A DNA stretch of 47,014 nucleotides from a virus (Duplodnaviria; Caudoviricetes): IMG/VR virus record IMGVR_UViG_3300030606_000001, positions 1 to 47,014 of that record. One strand, given 5' to 3'. Under the pieces are notes generated by a model. The model saw only the letters and a program-made list of their open reading frames with translations, was not told where the DNA came from and ran no database searches. Numbering within the stretch: the first letter of the stretch is position 1; every line of letters begins with the position of its first letter. A program made the position numbers and the translations under genes. This document shows, one piece after another, positions 44,717 to 47,014 of this stretch.

Positions 44717-45128
44717 ATACCTGGCCCGCCCTGAGATCACCCTTTCCCCCATCGGGGAAATCGTCGATATCCTGCACGATCGACACTATCGTCCGCCCGA
44801 CGACTCGCGTTTGTCGATGGAGTTTTGGGAAATGCTGCACGGTCTGTGGGAAAGATCATCCCGAGACGGGGTATGGCAGTTCATCCAGGGCCAGCTCCTC
44901 ACCCAAGCAAGCGACATCCACCGTGCGTACCTCGCTGGCGAAATCGCCGATCCTGATCGCGCCCGAACCATCGAATCGGCCCTGAGGCTGATGGCGAACT
45001 TGGGGGATGTGGTGGAGAAACGCTATGCAGAAGCCCAGGCCCACCGCGGGCGACTAGTCGATGCGCAGCATTGGGCCGCGCGTTCGACGGACCCTTTCAC
45101 ATTCGAGGAAACCAAACATGCCCGGTGA
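44655..45128 (+). CDS. Hypothetical helical protein between portal and scaffold
   Basis: Coding-like frame; start uncertain. Confidence 0.55.
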   Translation: MVLGKGTAGNPLAEAKAAANEYLARPEITLSPIGEIVDILHDRHYRPPDDSRLSMEFWEMLHGLWERSSRDGVWQFIQGQLLTQASDIHRAYLAGEIADPDRARTIESALRLMANLGDVVEKRYAEAQAHRGRLVDAQHWAARSTDPFTFEETKHAR

Positions 45129-46116
45129 TCTACCAAACGAACCAACGATTGAGCCCACGGCCGCACCGGCCCCCGCTGCGCCGACCTCCGCCCTCGCTGA
45201 CTTCACCGACGACCAAATCTTCGCGGCCATCAGCGGGGACACCAACAGCACCATGCTGGAAAACCCGTCCAAGGCGGCGGCGCGGGCACTTGCGTTCGCT
45301 GGTGACAACACCCCTGACCCAGACCCGCAACCAGACGAACCTGCCCCCGAGCCAACCTTCACAGGTTCCGAACCCCGGACCTACGAAGAAGCCCTCGCGG
45401 CCCTGCGCGAAGCCCGCCAGATCGGCGGCCGCGCCGCGAACGAGGCCGCGGAACTACGAAAGCAAGGGGGAGCACAACCCGCCCCAGTGGAGGGTACCAC
45501 TTCACCTACTTCCCCACCTACCCCAGCTACCGCTGCCGGACCAAAGAACCTCCGCGAGCTTGGCACCCAGTTGATGCCGCTCATTATGGGTGACCCCGAC
45601 AGTGGGGTCGACGGTGCGAAGGAATGGGCGAGGATCAGGGAAGAGGAGTCGGTGCTGGTCATGACCCCCGACCAGTTCGAGCGTGCTGCGGGGAATTTGT
45701 TTGTGACTATCATGGCGGGGGTAGCAGGGCGCATTGCCCCGCTTGAGGAAAACCTTCGATCGGCCCAGGAAGCCGAGTCTCTTGCACAGGTGGGATTGAC
45801 GACAACTGTCAAATCCCAGTTGATGGAGAAGCATCCGTGGCTTGGCCAGCTCAGCGGGGAGCCACTGAAAATCGCGCTTGTGGATTTGGCGAAGGGCAGT
45901 GTCGAGCTGCCGTCCCGTCCAGCGCCGCTTGAACCATCGCGACCTGTTGACCGCCCGCGGGGTGGGGGAGTAACCCCAATCCGCTCCGGGCGAAACAGTA
46001 CAGCCGCACGGTACGAGGAAGCTCGTGCATCCGGGAACTCCAAGCTGGCCGATTCCCTGCTTGATCGCATGATCGCAGAGGAAGACCCGCTCGGTATCAA
46101 TCGCCGGAACGGCTAA
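45118..46116 (+). CDS. Capsid scaffolding protein
   Basis: GAGGA SD; acidic Pro/Ala-rich and helical; immediately before the capsid gene. Confidence 0.7.
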   Translation: MPGDLPNEPTIEPTAAPAPAAPTSALADFTDDQIFAAISGDTNSTMLENPSKAAARALAFAGDNTPDPDPQPDEPAPEPTFTGSEPRTYEEALAALREARQIGGRAANEAAELRKQGGAQPAPVEGTTSPTSPPTPATAAGPKNLRELGTQLMPLIMGDPDSGVDGAKEWARIREEESVLVMTPDQFERAAGNLFVTIMAGVAGRIAPLEENLRSAQEAESLAQVGLTTTVKSQLMEKHPWLGQLSGEPLKIALVDLAKGSVELPSRPAPLEPSRPVDRPRGGGVTPIRSGRNSTAARYEEARASGNSKLADSLLDRMIAEEDPLGINRRNG

Positions 46117-46137
46117 CGCGAAAGGTAGGTGGTTGCT

Positions 46138-47014
46138 GTGGCTGACGCGATTACCTCAGCAACTTCTGGTTCTAATGCGATTCCGACTGCGAATACGGCC
46201 CTCCAGCAAAAGCTGTGGTCGGTAGCGGAACCGTCGCTGCTTTCTAACACGGTTCTGTGGAGCTTGGGCACACCGCTCATCATGCTCCCGGGCCAGGGGC
46301 TAGTTGCCCACATCCCGACTTACGATGCTACCGCCGCGAACGCGGTGACTGCTGCGGCGCTGGGTGACAGCTCTGCGACCGTCACCACCCGTGACCTGCG
46401 TGCGCTCAAGTTCGGGGCGCGGACGATCCAGCTTCGCAAGTACGTCGACTTCTTCGGTATCGAGGATATGTTCGCGGTTTCCGCGACGATCCGTGATTAC
46501 CTGGAGCGCGGTGCATTGTTCCTCAACCAGGGCCTCGCACAGCGTTTGTCGACATATGCGCAGCTCGGCGATGCCGTTGCCGGTGTTGGGCTGCTAGAAG
46601 AAGATGCTGACGCCACGGATTCGGCAGTTATGTGGGTCCAGCCGAACGCGGATGGGTCTGCGTTTGGGACGGTTGCTGCTGGTGACAATGTCCTGCCCGA
46701 AGGGTTCTTCCTTGCGCGCAAGAAGCTCCGCAAGAAGAACGCCCAGGGCTTCGCGAAGCTCGGGAACAAGTACGCCGCCATCATCGGTCCGGAGACGAGC
46801 TACATGCTCCAGACCAATGCCGCGGCGAACACCCTGACCTTCCGTGCCGACACGATGAACATGCCGCAGATTTACAAGGATGCGATGATCCACTCCTTCG
46901 CGCAGATGGTGTTCCTGGAGACGACATTCGATGTCTTCGAGCAAGGCGATGTGACTGCCGCGCTGGAATACGGAATGGCTGACGCCGTCACCGATTCCGA
47001 GGTCAACCTCATCC
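46138..47014 (+). CDS. Major capsid protein, 5' part (continues through the junction to 321; about 356 aa in total), N4-gp56-like
   Basis: Translated by hand from GTG 46138 (MADAITSATSGSNAIPTANTALQQKLW...), open to the end and in frame with position 1; AGGTAGG SD-like sequence upstream; follows the scaffold gene; absent from the ORF track. Confidence 0.85.
   Translation, partial: MADAITSATSGSNAIPTANTALQQKLWSVAEPSLLSNTVLWSLGTPLIMLPGQGLVAHIPTYDATAANAVTAAALGDSSATVTTRDLRALKFGARTIQLRKYVDFFGIEDMFAVSATIRDYLERGALFLNQGLAQRLSTYAQLGDAVAGVGLLEEDADATDSAVMWVQPNADGSAFGTVAAGDNVLPEGFFLARKKLRKKNAQGFAKLGNKYAAIIGPETSYMLQTNAAANTLTFRADTMNMPQIYKDAMIHSFAQMVFLETTFDVFEQGDVTAALEYGMADAVTDSEVNLI
46888..47014. repeat. 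Terminal direct repeat copy 2
   Basis: Identical to 1-127. Confidence 0.95.

Noticed and set aside
44713-44985. 90-aa ORF coupled to the portal stop
   Set aside because: The overlapping frame 44655-45128 is more protein-like and fills the gap to the scaffold gene
1-47014. Stop-codon recoding; tRNA genes
   Set aside because: Core genes are intact under the standard code using all three stops; no cloverleaf with T-loop consensus noticed, though tRNAscan was not run

Overview
The window is a complete, circularly assembled genome of a GC-rich tailed bacteriophage of about 46.9 kb. Positions 1-127 are identical to 46888-47014, and the major capsid gene runs across that junction. The + strand arm (39.9 kb through the junction to 16.1 kb) has podovirus-type architecture: HTH/TerS-like gene, TerL, portal, scaffold, N4-gp56-like capsid, adaptor, beta-helix tailspike, nozzle, three probable ejection proteins, two signal-peptide proteins, holin-like genes, an SLT endolysin and a metallophosphoesterase. 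The - strand arm (39.7 to 16 kb) holds about 30 translationally coupled small early genes (including MazG-like, NDT-fold and DUF5664 enzymes), an AT-rich candidate origin, an AAA_25 helicase, a Cas4-like nuclease, a Sak4/AAA_24 ATPase, an SSB-like gene, a family-4 UDG and PolA. It ends in three exported proteins. I saw no integrase, primase, tRNA, CRISPR array or reverse transcriptase. Best leads: (1) a phage-encoded outer-membrane phospholipase A (OMPLA/PldA-like) with the His-Ser-Asn triad intact, in a genome with no obvious o-spanin; (2) a set of five Sec-exported phage proteins; (3) a naturally circularly permuted Sak4-type P-loop ATPase. All assignments come from motif recognition by eye; no searches were run.
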